This document shows positions 1 through 12,555 of a stretch of DNA of 64,000 bases, in pieces. The stretch spans positions 124,001-188,000 of the forward strand of contig CDMY01000055.1 of the NCBI GenBank assembly GCA_001179505.1. The letters are read 5' to 3'. Below the pieces are notes generated by a model. It did not search any database, had not been told where the DNA came from, and saw only the letters and a program-made list of their open reading frames with translations. Each line of letters begins with the position of its first letter. The stretch's first letter is position 1. Source of the stretch: Vitrella brassicaformis CCMP3155 (Eukaryota; Protista; Chromerida). A program made the position numbers and the translations under genes.

Positions 1-50
1 AAGCCTGCACTCAAAATGTCCATGTGCCGATGTGATGTGGTCGATTTTAG

Positions 51-3000
51 GACGGCGCTGCGCGGCCGCATGCATCGCGTGTCAGCAGTGTGGGCGCTGT
101 GGGCGTGGAGCCTAGTGGACTCCACCTGAAGAACCCCAATGGCATGTCGGCCATCAAGGGGGGCAACACTGAGACCGTGACGGTGAGTAAATGAGCGAGA
201 GAGACACAGCCATACGCAGCTGACAGATCCATCATGTGCTCTTTGTTCCCAGGCCGGGCGTCTTCAAGAGAGACCACTGCCTCCTCAGAACCTCATGGGC
301 AGCAACCAGAGGCCACCGAGTCTGCACCTCCGACATCCACCTAGGCCGGCGTCAGCGATGCCCGGCAACGTTCTCACGAGCAACAGTGGGAGGCTCAGTG
401 TGCGGGGGGACAGAGAGACCATGGATGTGGGCAGAGAAAGGGGCAGCATCAGCAGCAACCCATCACACAACAGCAGCACCGCAGTGAGGGTGAGTGGGCG
501 GGCGCGGCGCATGCACGAGACACACACACAAGCTCTATCCATATGTTCATGCGCTTGCGATGCTCTCTTGTTCAGAGTGGCAGTGCTCGCCTGTCATCGA
601 AGTCGATGGCCGGCGGCGTGGCCATGGCAGTGGGTGGACAGAGGGACAGCAAGAGCGCCACTGGCCCGCCTCGCCCGATGATATCGGCCAGGAATGGCAG
701 CAGGACGGCGATGCGCGTCACACAAGACACACGACGGCCTCACAACCAGCACACCATAGCGAGGGTGAGCGATTGCACGAGCACGAGACGCGCACAAACC
801 TGATTGCGAGGATGATTTGTTCGCCCTGTTGGTTGATGCAGGATGGCACCACAGCCGCGTCGGTGCCGCCCAATGTCAGCCACCGCAACCCGGCCATCAA
901 CCGGCGAGTGTGTAGCCTCGCCTCACAGAGGGACACCAACAACACCAAAGCACCCACAGCAACCAAGGTGAGAGAGAGAGAGAGAGAGAGAGACGGACAC
1001 CACACGCATCAATGTCATCCATGTCTCTGTGCCTATGATTGCCAGGTTCGCAACGCCTTCATGTCGTGGCTCCGCCGCCTCCAGAAAGGCCTGACCACCC
1101 TGACAAGGCGCCAAAGCCTCCCACCCACCGCCGCCCCGCCCCCCTCTCACACACATACACACGCAGCCCTCACACAGGATGACGCCCAGAAGGTCATATT
1201 CTTTGACCTCGACGATACACTTATACCGAGCCATTACCTGGAGGCTCTGGGCGTGCATCTCTTCCTGGCGGCATGCGCCAAAGGCCAAGAGCCTGACGGC
1301 CAGGGCCTATTCCAAGGCGTGTCCACTGGGCAGCGGGAGAGCACAGCTGAGGAGGTGGTCAAGGCCTTTGAGGAGACCGGCAGGGCGGCCGAGGAGGTCA
1401 TCCAGGTTTGTCTGCGGGAGGGATGGCAGCCTATCCTGGTTACGAATGGGACACCTAGATGGTGAGTCATCTGATATACACACGAAGTCACAATCCATTC
1501 ATCCTGTTCTCTCTCTCTCTCTCTCTCTGTCTGTCTGTCTGTCCGTCTGTCTGTCTGTCTACAGGCTGGATGCCGTGTTCCAGCAAGGGGCATTCGAGCG
1601 CCTGGGACGGGCCCTAAAAGACGCCGGGGTGCCCGTCATATCGGCCCGCCAGCGTGCACTGAGTCGGCTCCTGCGCCCCAGCATGGACAACGAAACGATG
1701 GCCAAACAAGCCAAGGAGGCGCAGTATGAAATATCGAAGGTGAGCAGGGACATAGAGAGGGAATTCCTCTCCATCATACACACATGTCTGGATGCGTGTG
1801 TGCATGTGTGTTGTGTGTGTGTTTGGGTGCTGCTGGTTTGTTCAGGCCATCGCCATGCTGGAGGAGATGCAGAAGCGCCCAAGTGCCACCCATGTCGCCA
1901 GCGTGGGCGACCAGGTGTGGGATCTGATACCCCTCGACGAAATCAAACGGTAGGTGGGGAGCGGAGCCCACACAGAGACACAGAGACGGGGCACGAGATG
2001 AATGCATTACCCGACCTTTCTGCAGACGCCGGCCTGACATGTCTGTGTGCAAGATCCGGGTGCAGCGGCCACTGGGGGTGACACATTTCCTCAATGTGAG
2101 CGGCCAAACCCAACACACACATACGTGCAGACACACTCTAGCGATTGCTGTGGAAATGAATGCCCATGTGTCTCTCCGTTGTCTGTTGACATATTGGTTC
2201 ATGCAGCAACTCAGCCGCCTGAAGGAAGCCATCCCCACCATCCTACGGTCGACGACGGACGGGCCCCCCACGGACCACAACTACGGCCTGGTACACTGAA
2301 AAGGGGAAAAGGTCAGAATTCGATTCTCATGTCTCTCGCTCCCCTTGGCTTTGTTGCAGCGGTTGGCAAACAACCAGAGCGGCGCGTTTGAGGCGGTCAG
2401 GGAAGCGGACGGGCGGGCCCCAGGCCACGATGAGTACATCTCCCAGGCCAAGGAGAGCCAGCCCGACCGACTCGACCACACGGTAGGTCGACCCGACACA
2501 CAACAAAGGAGCCTTCCACACACACCTCGCTGCTGGTCTGTGTGTGTGTCGCTCCAATGGATGTCCATCCATCCATCCATCCATCCATGCAGGTGCTCGA
2601 TGACTTCATGGACACCACCGCCCCGCCCGACGAGTACACCTTTCCCCTCCTCTCCCAGCCACCGGCACGCCCACACATCACCCCGACCGCCCGGCTGATA
2701 ATGAAGACTCTCGCCAACAGGGACCACCTGCGCCAGGTGGAGAGGCGGCGGGGCATGTCCCATGAGGACACCACCTCGTGGCGGCAGAGGGAGCAGCAGA
2801 TAAATGGGGCCATCGACTCCATCCTTGACCGTCTTCCCCCAGAAGGGCCCCACCAGCATGGCGCCACGAGAGTGAGCAGGAGGGCGGAGGGGGCGAGGAT
2901 GGTTCTCGTCAGAAAGCCGGGACACAGTGAGAGGAGGAGCCGTGTGGACAACGAGCCAACCCCGAAGGTGGACCCGCTCCCTCCCCAGGTCCCCTCTGCC

Positions 3001-3425
3001 CACCCACATGTGCGCACCCTGTTGTCGCTGCCCATGCCGCACCCCGTCCACGCGTATCCCATCCCTCACCCCCCACACATGGCAATGCAGCAGCAGCAGC
3101 ACCCAAACGCAATGCAGCAGCAGCAGCAGCAGCAGCAGCAGGGCCCTGCCACCAGCTACCACAACCATCACATGGTGAGAGCGAATCGAAAGACACACGC
3201 GCTGACTGACACCCAGAGAGACAGACAGACCCAAAGAAGCACATGACGATGCTCTGATATTCTGTGTGTGTCTCTGTGTCGGTGTGTCAGGCTGCCCTTC
3301 GTTTCGAGCATGGTGCCATGCTCCGTCCGGCAGTCCACCAAAAGCACCCCTACAGCCGTCTGCACGTGTATCCCACCAGGCGCCTCCCGACCAATCTCCA
3401 TCTCATGGCCCCCCGCCGCCTCTGA
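51..3425 (+). CDS. HAD-superfamily hydrolase-like protein, multi-exon, 5'-partial (starts upstream of window), low-complexity N- and C-termini with polyQ
   Basis: Motif I FFDLDDT (~1200-1220), motif II LVTNG (~1435-1450), motif IV-like VGDQVWD (~1903-1925). Phase-0 GT-AG introns link exons from 51 onward (e.g. introns 183-251, 490-576). CAG repeat at ~3085-3140. Last exon likely ends at TGA 3425 (alternative 3257). Confidence 0.75.
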
Positions 3426-4166
3426 CCCACCTATCCAATGCGTCACACACACACACACACATCACTGGAGCGAGAGAAGGGGCAGTCGTAGCAAGCCTGG
3501 CTGACGTCTGAGTGAGTAGTGGGTCAGTGGGTATCCACTCGTGGCGGCAGGGCTGCCATGCGTGTGCTGAGTGTACGGTATTTTCAAGGCGCTGGTGGCC
3601 TAGAGAGTGGGTGACGGCACTAGGCTGTGCCACCCTCACTGCCTGGCTGCCTGGCTCTCGAGATCTTTTCTGCTGCCGTGGAGTGTCTGTGAGCGATGGA
3701 TGGATGGATGGATGCTTAGACGCGACAACGGTTGGCTGAGGGTGAGGGTGTCTGTGTGCGTGTGGCCAATTTCAAGGCGTTGGTGGTTTAGAAGCGTGTG
3801 GCCGCCTCCGACCTATACAATGCGTCACACACATACACATACATCAATGCAGCGGGTCGTAGCAAGCCTGGCTGACTGAGTGAGGGGCGGGTGAGTGTGT
3901 TTCCATCCATGGCGGATGTGGCTGCCATGCGTGTGCCGAGTGCATGGCATTTCAAGGCGCTGGTGGCCTAAGAGTGGGTGACGGCACTAGCTAGAGGCCT
4001 GTGCTACCCTCACTGCCTGGCTGGCCCCTGCCTCTCGAGATCTTTTCTGCTGCCGTGGAGTGTCTGTGAGCGATGGATGGATGGATGGATGGATGCTTAG
4101 ACGCGACAACGGGTGGGTGAGGGTGTGGGTGTGGGTGTCTGTGACTGCGTGTGGCCAATTTCAAGG
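3416..4166. repeat. Tandem direct duplication, period ~382 bp, with internal ~190 bp sub-repeat
   Basis: 3429-3777 aligns by eye with 3811-4166 (shared blocks gtcgtagcaagcctggctgac and ctctcgagatcttttctgctgccgtggagtgtctgtgagcgatgg). tttcaagg recurs at ~3582, 3770, 3950, 4159. Confidence 0.85.
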
Positions 4167-4584
4167 GACCGCTCCATGCTCGGATGATGCATCTATCGAC
4201 TCTATGTGATTGTTCAACCCGCCACACACAGGCATGTTCCATACACGAATGGGTGTGCATCCCATCCGGCTCTCTACCCACTGTCCTCAGCCAAGACACA
4301 GCCCCACCCGGGCCACCCACCCGCTACATTGCATAGCAGCAGCATGCTATTGCCACCACGGCGTAGAGCGACCAACGCGGTGTCACTCACCGGCGCGACA
4401 GCTTGGTGCACCTGAATCGTGACCTGATGACAGGAAGCCAACCAGCCGATACACAGCAAACGGCGCCCTTCCCCCTTCTTCCCTCACCCTCACCAGCAAT
4501 TCGATGCTGCCTCGACGATTGCAGGAATCACCGGATCCACAACTAATTAGGCGATTGTGTGCTCTCCATCCATCCACCAGATCA

Positions 4585-4959
4585 TCAGATGTCCAGCAGC
4601 AGCATCACGGCCAGTGCACATTCCACAAAGAAGAAAACGACGGGCCACTGGCCCGGCCACTCGATGAGCGCCGCCACGATGCGGCCGCCAGCCATCCCCA
4701 GCAGCGACACGCACACGGCAAGGAGCACACCGCCATTGACACCCGGGTAGAAGGGCGCGGCGAAAAGCAGCGCCCCGACAGCCACGCCAAATCCACCGTA
4801 CACGGCCCGCACTTCGTTCCTTGAGTCGGGGTGGACGGGCGAGAGCCTGAAGAAGCCAACCACAAAGTGCGGGCTGATAAGAGCGGCAAGACCCATCGTG
4901 ATGAAGAAGATGGCAACGATTGCGACTTGGATGGACACCAAGCTGCTCTCTGCAGTCAT
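4585..4959 (-). CDS. DUF4345-like small multi-pass membrane protein, intronless, ~124 aa
   Basis: MTAESS...FFITMGLAALISP...SRNEVRAVYGGFGVAVG...GMAGGRIVAALIEWPG...FFFVECALA. About 4 TM segments; the 'E-x-RA-x-YGG' and 'GR' motifs are typical of DUF4345. Confidence 0.7.
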   Translation of the reverse strand: MTAESSLVSIQVAIVAIFFITMGLAALISPHFVVGFFRLSPVHPDSRNEVRAVYGGFGVAVGALLFAAPFYPGVNGGVLLAVCVSLLGMAGGRIVAALIEWPGQWPVVFFFVECALAVMLLLDI

Positions 4960-5100
4960 TTGGATGGTGCTCTCACTTTCAGATCTTCCACTCAGATTGC
5001 AGATCTTGAGCTCGCAGACGAACCGCTCCCGTGCCATTTTGTGGGCTTTACTCACAATGAAACACAGATTGATGCATTTCTGCCCGCATGCGTGCAGGTC

Positions 5101-8100
5101 ATGGATGTGAGTATCCTCTTCGACAACAATCTGATCTCCGACATTGACTCTCAAGACCCAGCTCGACAAAAGGATATCCTCGAAGTAAGACGGATGGACG
5201 ACAGGATCTCTTCATCTGATGGCCTGCATCCCCTCTGCCCCGTCCCTCCGTGATTAGTGCCTGTGTCACCTGTATTCCCTCGTGACGGAGGAGGATGCCG
5301 ACAAACCAGACAGCAAGGCCAAGCGCAAACACGCGGAGCGGCGGCCGTTTCTGCACCCCGACGACATCGCCGTCGAGATCCGCGCATACGCCACCGATGA
5401 GGACGGCACAACCACGCTGGGCGGTGTCACCAAGCCCAACCTCCTGTGGCTGCAAGCCAGGATGGCCATGATGCCCAAAGTCGTCCATGTCAACGCCGTC
5501 GACTCGGCCATACAGGTAAGTAGGTCGCTGAAGAACAAGGCATAAGGAGTGAGACGGGAAGGGGTCGACGTGTGCATCGTCACTGGTCTGCCTACCGCTT
5601 GAGCAGGGTGCGGTGACGTTCAACCAGGGCAAGGCGTTAGATCTGTTGCTCAAGTGCAAGAAGGAAATACTTTTGAGGAACCAGGACCTCAACTTCCATC
5701 GGATGCTCATCGAGCCACCGCTGCAGCTCGCTAAGCCAGAACCAGCCACCATGATCACCAAAGGTACCGTCGCTCAATCGAGTCAAGCCACAACGTACCC
5801 AACTAGCTCTACACTATATCCATGGTGTGCATGTGGGTATGTGTCCGTAGATTACGTGCCGACCCCCATGGTGACCCAGGCTGTGATGCTCGGCAACCTC
5901 CGCATGCTGGTGGTACGCGTGGATAAGTGAGGCAGCTCTATACCAAAATCAAAGTGCGCCGCTCACCCCCCTGATTTGTATCAGAAACTGGCACAGACGG
6001 ACGAGGTGGACACCGAGGCCATCGGACCGATATGCATCCTGCGCAAACGTCAGTTAGCCACGACACGAGGATGGATGGCTGCCTGAGCGGGTAAACTGAC
6101 GCGGGGATGGTGTGTCTGCTGTGATTTCTTTGGTCAGCAAAGCAAATTGAATACGTCACTTCGTCTCCGTTGGGCGCCGCGTGCTTCTGGGCGAGACCCA
6201 ACGAGGCCAAATTCCTCCTCATGAAAAGTACAAGCGCGAGCACAGGGCATCAGAATGACCGTGACTGTCCCCTGCTCAGACTCTGACATGAAGAAGGGTT
6301 ACAAGTTGGAGGTGATCGTCAAGGACAATCTCGAGCGCGAGAGACCCATCCTGCAGACCAACATACAAAACCCACACAGCCCACACACCAACAGAACACC
6401 GCGCAAAAGTACGTCGCAATAGAGCCGGGCAATACAAAAAACACCGACAAGGCAACCATAACATGCCCTCTGTTCGTCTCTTTCCTGTTGATTGGATTGC
6501 GTCAGGTCGTTGGGATTCCGTCACGTTTGTGCACATGGCGTGCGAAGGACCACCCAGAGGCGAGCGCTCCAACCTAGTGCGCAGGACTATCGCCAAGACA
6601 CACACTGCCGCTGACCCACCCGCCGCCGCCGCTGCTGCATCATCCTCAAGCGAGCGACCGAACGAGGACGTCGAAATAGAGACTGGTCAGGGCACACACT
6701 CGCACAAAAGTCCCTGTCATGTCATGTCATGTTGTGCCATGTTGTGCCATGTTGTGTTGTGTTGGGTGCACCCTCCATCCGTCCACTAATCTGCCTCAGT
6801 AGAGTGGGTTGAGAATCGCCACAGTGAGGATGAGCTGGAGCGCGATGCGGTTGAGCTGCTCAAGGTGCTCAAGGAGTACGGCGGCGAAGACTTCGCCGCC
6901 GGTCTTCGGCAGCCAGACAGCGAGGGCAACCTGCCCCTCCACGTGGCGGCCAGGGCCGGCAGGAAGAAGCTGGTCAGGTGGCTACTGGGCCCCGACATAC
7001 TGCCCCTCATCGACGTTGCCGCCGTCAACAGGGACAATGAAAGCGCAGAGAGAATGGCGGCCAAGCGGGGACACAAGGTCAGTCGCTTACAATGACAGAT
7101 TGCAGATCAATGAAGAATTGAATTCCCTATGTATGTTCATGCCCATTATCTGATCGTCACATGTCGATATATTGCCAGGATTGTGCTGAGTTGATTCGCA
7201 AGACGGCTGAGGCGGACCAGAAGAAGGCGGACCAGAGGGCCGCTGAGAACGCCCGCAAACTCATCGCGGAGGAAGCCCGCAAAGGCAGGAACAAGCAGAG
7301 CCAACGAAAGGTGGAAGCGGGGGTGAAGGACACATAGCGACAGCTGACATCCATCAGACTGCCAAGACAGATACGGGCGCTTCCATCCACGTGCTGTGAA
7401 TGTCTGCAGAAGGGTCGCAGCGGGTCAAAGGAGAAGACCGCAGAGGAGCAAGGTGCCGCACAGGCCGAGCAAGCCCCTGGCCACATGCCATTCCTCTCGG
7501 CAACACGGAGGTCCTCCAACCAAACACAAGTCGACAGTAAGCCAGCCAAACACAAGTCGACGGACGAAGCGACATTAAACTGTGTACCTGTCTCTGTCGC
7601 TTCGTCCGTCCCAACCAACAGGTTCTGCTGCCCCTGCCGTGGGAGACGTCGACGGCGACTCAGACATGGTGGTCGGCGGGCCGATGTCGAGTTCGCCTCA
7701 ACCCGGGGGAGACCTGTCGACCACGTGAGCATATCACTGCATCGCCAGGTGCTCGCAATATGGAGCGTGCCTTCGTCCATTGCAGACTCAACGAAAACAT
7801 GAGTGGCGTGCCGTCCTCTTCGGTGCCCTCCGCTGCCGCATCCATTAGGTATGTCAGCCAGCCACCTCAGACCATGGCTGATGGAACTGTTTACCTCATG
7901 TGTGTGGTGTGCACTCTATGTGTAGTCGGGCTTCTGCTGCGGACGAGGCTGAAGCGGATGTACCGGGACCCTCTTCGTCCATCGCCGACACGTGAGCAGT
8001 CGATGCACTTGACGTGGCGCCCAACTCCATCGGCCTCTCGACTGTCTGTCTGTTCTGACCTCTCTTGCTGCAGGTCTGCTATGCCATCCCGCTCAGCATC

Positions 8101-10364
8101 GCTGGCAGATGGCGATCGGTCTGGTGATGGTAATGAGGCGGTCGGTTCGGCGGCTGGTGGAAATGACGACAGCGATGATGAGGACGGCGACGCTATGCTG
8201 CTCAAATCGGCGTTCGGACAGCAAGCACGACAACAGCTGAGCGAGGGCAGGAAGAAGAAGAAGAGCAAAGACAAACACAACACCAAGCCGACCCCGACGC
8301 CCACATCTCAGCCGAGCCAGCCGTCCCGCCCCTCATTCCCACACGCAGCCAAGGCCACCGAGATGGGACGGCCGGCGACTAGTACTGCTGCCGAGAGTCG
8401 CTGCCATGGCGGCAACGCGCCAATTCCGATGCCATTCCCAGCTGCCATTCCCCTCTTCTCCAAGGACCGCTTCAAGACGTCACCTGGCAATGGGGGAGTG
8501 TTCCCTCCTCTGCCGAAGCGTCTGCCGGTGCCCGACCCACTGCCATCTGACGATGACAGTCCGTCTGGCGGTGCGTCGCCTCTCCCCCGGCCCATGGGAG
8601 GTCGTGGGGCTGGGAGGGGCCTTATGACGATGTTTGCCCACCAGCCGCCCCCGATCCCCTCCATCCCGCACCCCCGACTCCCATCGGCCGAGGAGCTGCG
8701 CAACAGACCGTCACTGCAGCACACTGGACAAGACCACCAACAGCAGCCGACACGGGATGAGGGGCCGAGGTGAGATCCGTCGTCACATCCATGCGGTCGG
8801 TTGCACACGCCAGATGTCCGTTGTCCCTCTACGTCTCCTGCAGCCTTTCTACGGATTCTCCTTCGGTGAGTTCGTCTACTCTACCGGATTTCCACGCCCA
8901 CGTGGTGGGGGACCGTCGTGGGGGTGGTGATGAGCGCCTGGCTGGCCAGGTGGACGTGGAGACCGATGGAGGGGCGGCGGGGCATCGTGACGACGGGCGT
9001 GTGAGTGTTGTAGACGAGACTGAGGCGATGCGGGCCAGGTGAGAGGTAGCTAGGCAGTTGACCGATGGGGAGATCTCTGCGCCCGTTTGTCAGGTTTGCT
9101 GCTGAGTTGCTGCGCAGGGACCAGCAGATCGAAGCCCTGCGGTGAGAGAAGAGAGGGAGGAAAGAGAGAGAAGGATTGATTAATCACCGGTGTCTGCTTG
9201 CAGGCATGAGTCGATTGCCGCGCATCGAGAGATTGAGCAGTACGCAGCCACCAACGCACCCATCCACTTCCTCTGTGCCTTCTTTGGTCTCTGTGCAGGC
9301 TGCGTGAGGCTCAAATGGCGGGCGAGCAGACCGTCGCCGACACTCTGGCGGCCAACGAGTGCCTCCAGGCGAATATGCGTCAAGCCAATGCGGTCCATCG
9401 CCAGCAGCTCAGCCAACAGCACCAGCAGCTCACCAGGTGCGCACACCAAACAGGCAGGCACAAGGCCATGTGGGTCTTGTGTGTGTTCAGTGACATCGAT
9501 CGCGAAAAGTCTGCAAATCAGCAGCTGCAGCACCAGTTCGAGCGGCACAAGCGGTCAGGCACATACATTCAAGAACGATGTAATGAGACTCATTTATTGA
9601 TGTTTGCTCTTTGGACCATTGCATGCGTCGCGTCAGGGCCGCCGCGGAGAGGGAGGCGTCACTCCGACAGGAGAACGCATCGCTCAAACAAGACAACACA
9701 GCACAGGCACACGTCATCGCAATGTACGCACCTACCTACCTACGACACACAGATAACACACATCGTGAAAGGGAGCCCTCTGCTGTGCTACATCTTCCTG
9801 CTCCTGTCTGTCGGTCGGTCGGTCGGTCTGTCGGTCGGTCTGTCAGCCTCGGCGAAGCCAATCGGGCGCTGCAGGTCGACATAGGTCAGCTGCGGAGCAA
9901 CCAAATCGACAAGTCAGTACTACTCATCCATCTTCCCCAGCAAGACGTGTGTGTGTGTGTGTGTGTGGTTTAGGTTGAATGAGGCCTTCGAGAGCCTGAC
10001 GACGGAGGCTGAGCTCAACGGGTTTGCCGTGCAGCTGGCGGCCCGGCAGACGGCCATCATGACGAGTGAGCTGCCCCAGCTGCAGTCACTCATCACCAGG
10101 GCACACCAGAGGCATATGCATGCCCGCAGCCAGGCGCAGCAGGCGGCCCATGAGAGGCAGCAGGCCGAGTTGCGGCAGCAGATGCAGCGCCAGATGGAGG
10201 AGCGCACCGACTGTCAAGTGTGCCATGAGATAGAGAGGTCGGTGGTGCTGCAGCCGTGCGGCCACTTCTGCATCTGCCAGCAATGTGCGCAGAACCTGCA
10301 GCCCCCCGAGTGCCCACTGTGCCGGCAGGTCTTCACCAGCTGGACCAACGCCATATTCTCGTGA
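5101..10364 (+). CDS. Ankyrin-repeat, coiled-coil and C-terminal RING (zf-C3HC4_3 type) protein; putative E3 ubiquitin ligase; many exons
   Basis: Ankyrin-like segments TPMVTQAVMLGNLRML, SPLGAACFWARPNEAKFLL, GNLPLHVAARAGRKKLVRWLL. Pro/Ser-rich middle, then Q/E-rich coiled coil, then CQVCHEIERSVVLQPCGHFCICQQCAQNLQPPECPLCRQ. Intron phases are consistent from 5101 through the 6800 exon. Confidence 0.8.
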
Positions 10365-11751
10365 CAAGAGATCGACCCACTGTGGGTGTGTGGAGGGGTG
10401 GGTGCTGGGGCGGGCTGTGGTGTGTGGTGGAATGCGTGGTGGGTTTAAGAGCTTTGCTGTCGTGTGTGGGCGTTGGTGTCGGTGTCGCCTGTGTATGGGT
10501 TCGAATTCATAGATGCATGTATGAATCTCATTCCCTTCTGCATACCGACAGTAAGTTGGTGTATCAATCTGTGGCGTGTACATGCAGGGGTCTCGCCCAT
10601 GTGGGGGCCACCACATACGGCCGAGGCGCACACGGCGCAGGTATCTTGTCGTGTGGGTCAGTGCGTCAATCAGGTTCTTTCGTACCATGTGGCCGTTTTT
10701 GTCTGTCATTCACTCCATTGCATACATACATACATACGAACGTCTGTGTATGTGTGCCGCTTTATGTACGTATGTATGCACGTGTACGTGTGTACGTATT
10801 GGCTTTATGTAGTGCGTGTGTCCACATACTGCTCGCTGCATGTCCGTGTGCGTGTGCAAGTGCGTGCCGGCATATCTATTTATCCACACACGTGTGGATG
10901 AACTCGACTACTCAATCCTCTCAGTTGCACACACACGGTTGTCAGCCGGCCGGGAAACGAATTGTTTCCAATGCATTCATTCTGTATGTAAAAACGCCAA
11001 TTATACAACAATTGCAGGTCTAGGGGACAGACCCACTCCCCTGTGCTTTGTCCTGTCCCCTCACTAACAAAATTCGTTCCATCCATCCGTCCACGCATCG
11101 CATCCATCCATCATTCCATCCACGCAATGCATGGACAGCCAAGTCATGAAGCGCATCCACACAAGACAAATGTCTGCATAACACAACGCACACTCCGCGC
11201 TGCCTACGTGTACACATACGTCACATCACACAGCTCACGCACCCTCTATTGACGGCCTGCCTCGTAGGCGCGCTGTTCCTCCAGCTTCGCCAAATCGTCC
11301 GGAAAGACACACGGCGCGAATAGCGGATGGCGTCGAGGGTGTCTTTCCACCTGTCCGTGTCTCTTGCTGTGTGTGCTGTGTGTCTCACTCACTCACTCAC
11401 TCACCGTTTCCACGTGTCCCACGTGTCCTCCGTATGAAGTCGATCTTTATCTCGTCGGGGAGGCACTGCCGCGTCACCGCCCGCAGGGCAAGGGGTGGTC
11501 ACTTTGTATTTAGGGGGTGGTCTTGTTTGGCCTGTAGCTCCACGGGGTTGGTGAACAGAATGAAATTGACTCCATTATATAATGGCCTGAAAAGTGCGAA
11601 AAACAGTCGTCACAAGCATAATGAGGGAATGAATGTGACTGGTCATGCGGAAATCTGCGCCATTCTCATACTGTGTGAATGAGCCATCAATGAAAAACTT
11701 ACCCCCCATGATTGAGTTGGTGATTTCTCGGCTGTTTCTCCTCCTTTTCGG

Positions 11752-12099
11752 ATGAGCGAGCGTGTATCGGACTACACCCAACCCCCTCCACCTACCCTCA
11801 TCCCGCGAGACGGCGGCGGGCCCCCCTGTTGCGCATGCAACGAGAAAGGGACGTCTGCGCTGTCCACATGCAGCCGACGATGTGACTGCCGGAATCACAA
11901 GCGCCTCTGCACTAACTGTGTCAACTGCAAGCGCGGCACATGCACGAATTTTGCGTATCCGGCGGACCCGGCCGTTTGCGATGATGTGTCTATCGCCCTC
12001 GCGCGTGCGACTAGCTTCTGTCTGCGTGGGGGAGGGAGGGGAGGGTTTGCGGGACTGGGGTGTCTTGATGGAGCGGGGATTGATCCCTCCTCCCCTTGA
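11752..12099 (+). CDS. Small ORF with CXC (tesmin/TSO1-like) cysteine cluster
   Basis: CACNEKGTSALSTCSRRCDCRNHKRLCTNCVNCKRGTCTN = C-x-C-x10-C-x3-C-x-C-x6-C-x2-C-x2-C-x4-C-x-N. Gene boundaries uncertain. Confidence 0.5.
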   Translation: MSERVSDYTQPPPPTLIPRDGGGPPCCACNEKGTSALSTCSRRCDCRNHKRLCTNCVNCKRGTCTNFAYPADPAVCDDVSIALARATSFCLRGGGRGGFAGLGCLDGAGIDPSSP

Positions 12100-12555
12100 G
12101 CCTGTTTGAGTCTGCGTGCTGATGGGACTGTATTTGTATGAGTATCACGGACACACAGACGAGTGTTACGGTTAATGACAGTTTCCCCCCAAAAAATGAT
12201 TAATGAGGTGGGTGGTTCATTTTTGCTCATTCTCGCTCCTTTTCGTACCGCAACCGTTCATTCATCGATCATTTGTGTGTCCAGCAGCACAGCACGACAC
12301 CCAACGTCCTTCCCCAAGGCATACACACCACCCCCACCCATGCTGCAGCCAAGACGGAGAGAGAAAGCGGACAATCCATCAATCAGAGACGCAGACAGAC
12401 CATGGCGGGTACCGAGACACGTGACGGCATGCACAGCCAGCCCATGGGCATGCGCGGCTAACACCACGCCAGCCAGCCAGTCAGCCATTCAGCCCATCCA
12501 CACCTCCCTCCCCCCTTCCCCCACCCCTATCACACATCCATCCGCTCATATGCGC

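Noticed and set aside
47-542. Hydrophobic minus-strand ORFs resembling a membrane protein
   Set aside because: They are antisense shadows of plus-strand HAD exons, which have consistent phase-0 GT-AG introns.
5282-6420. Separate gene with a fleeting resemblance to ribosomal protein bL25
   Set aside because: Exons splice in frame into the ankyrin-RING gene and contain ankyrin-like motifs; no real L25 signature.
10400-11230. Several Cys/Val/Tyr-rich ORFs
   Set aside because: Translations of (TG)n, (TATG)n and (CATA)n simple repeats in a 3' flank.
11230-11500. Possible two-exon minus-strand remnant (...FPDDLAKLEEQRAYEAGRQ*)
   Set aside because: A splice-like junction exists but I could not build a coherent upstream frame or start.
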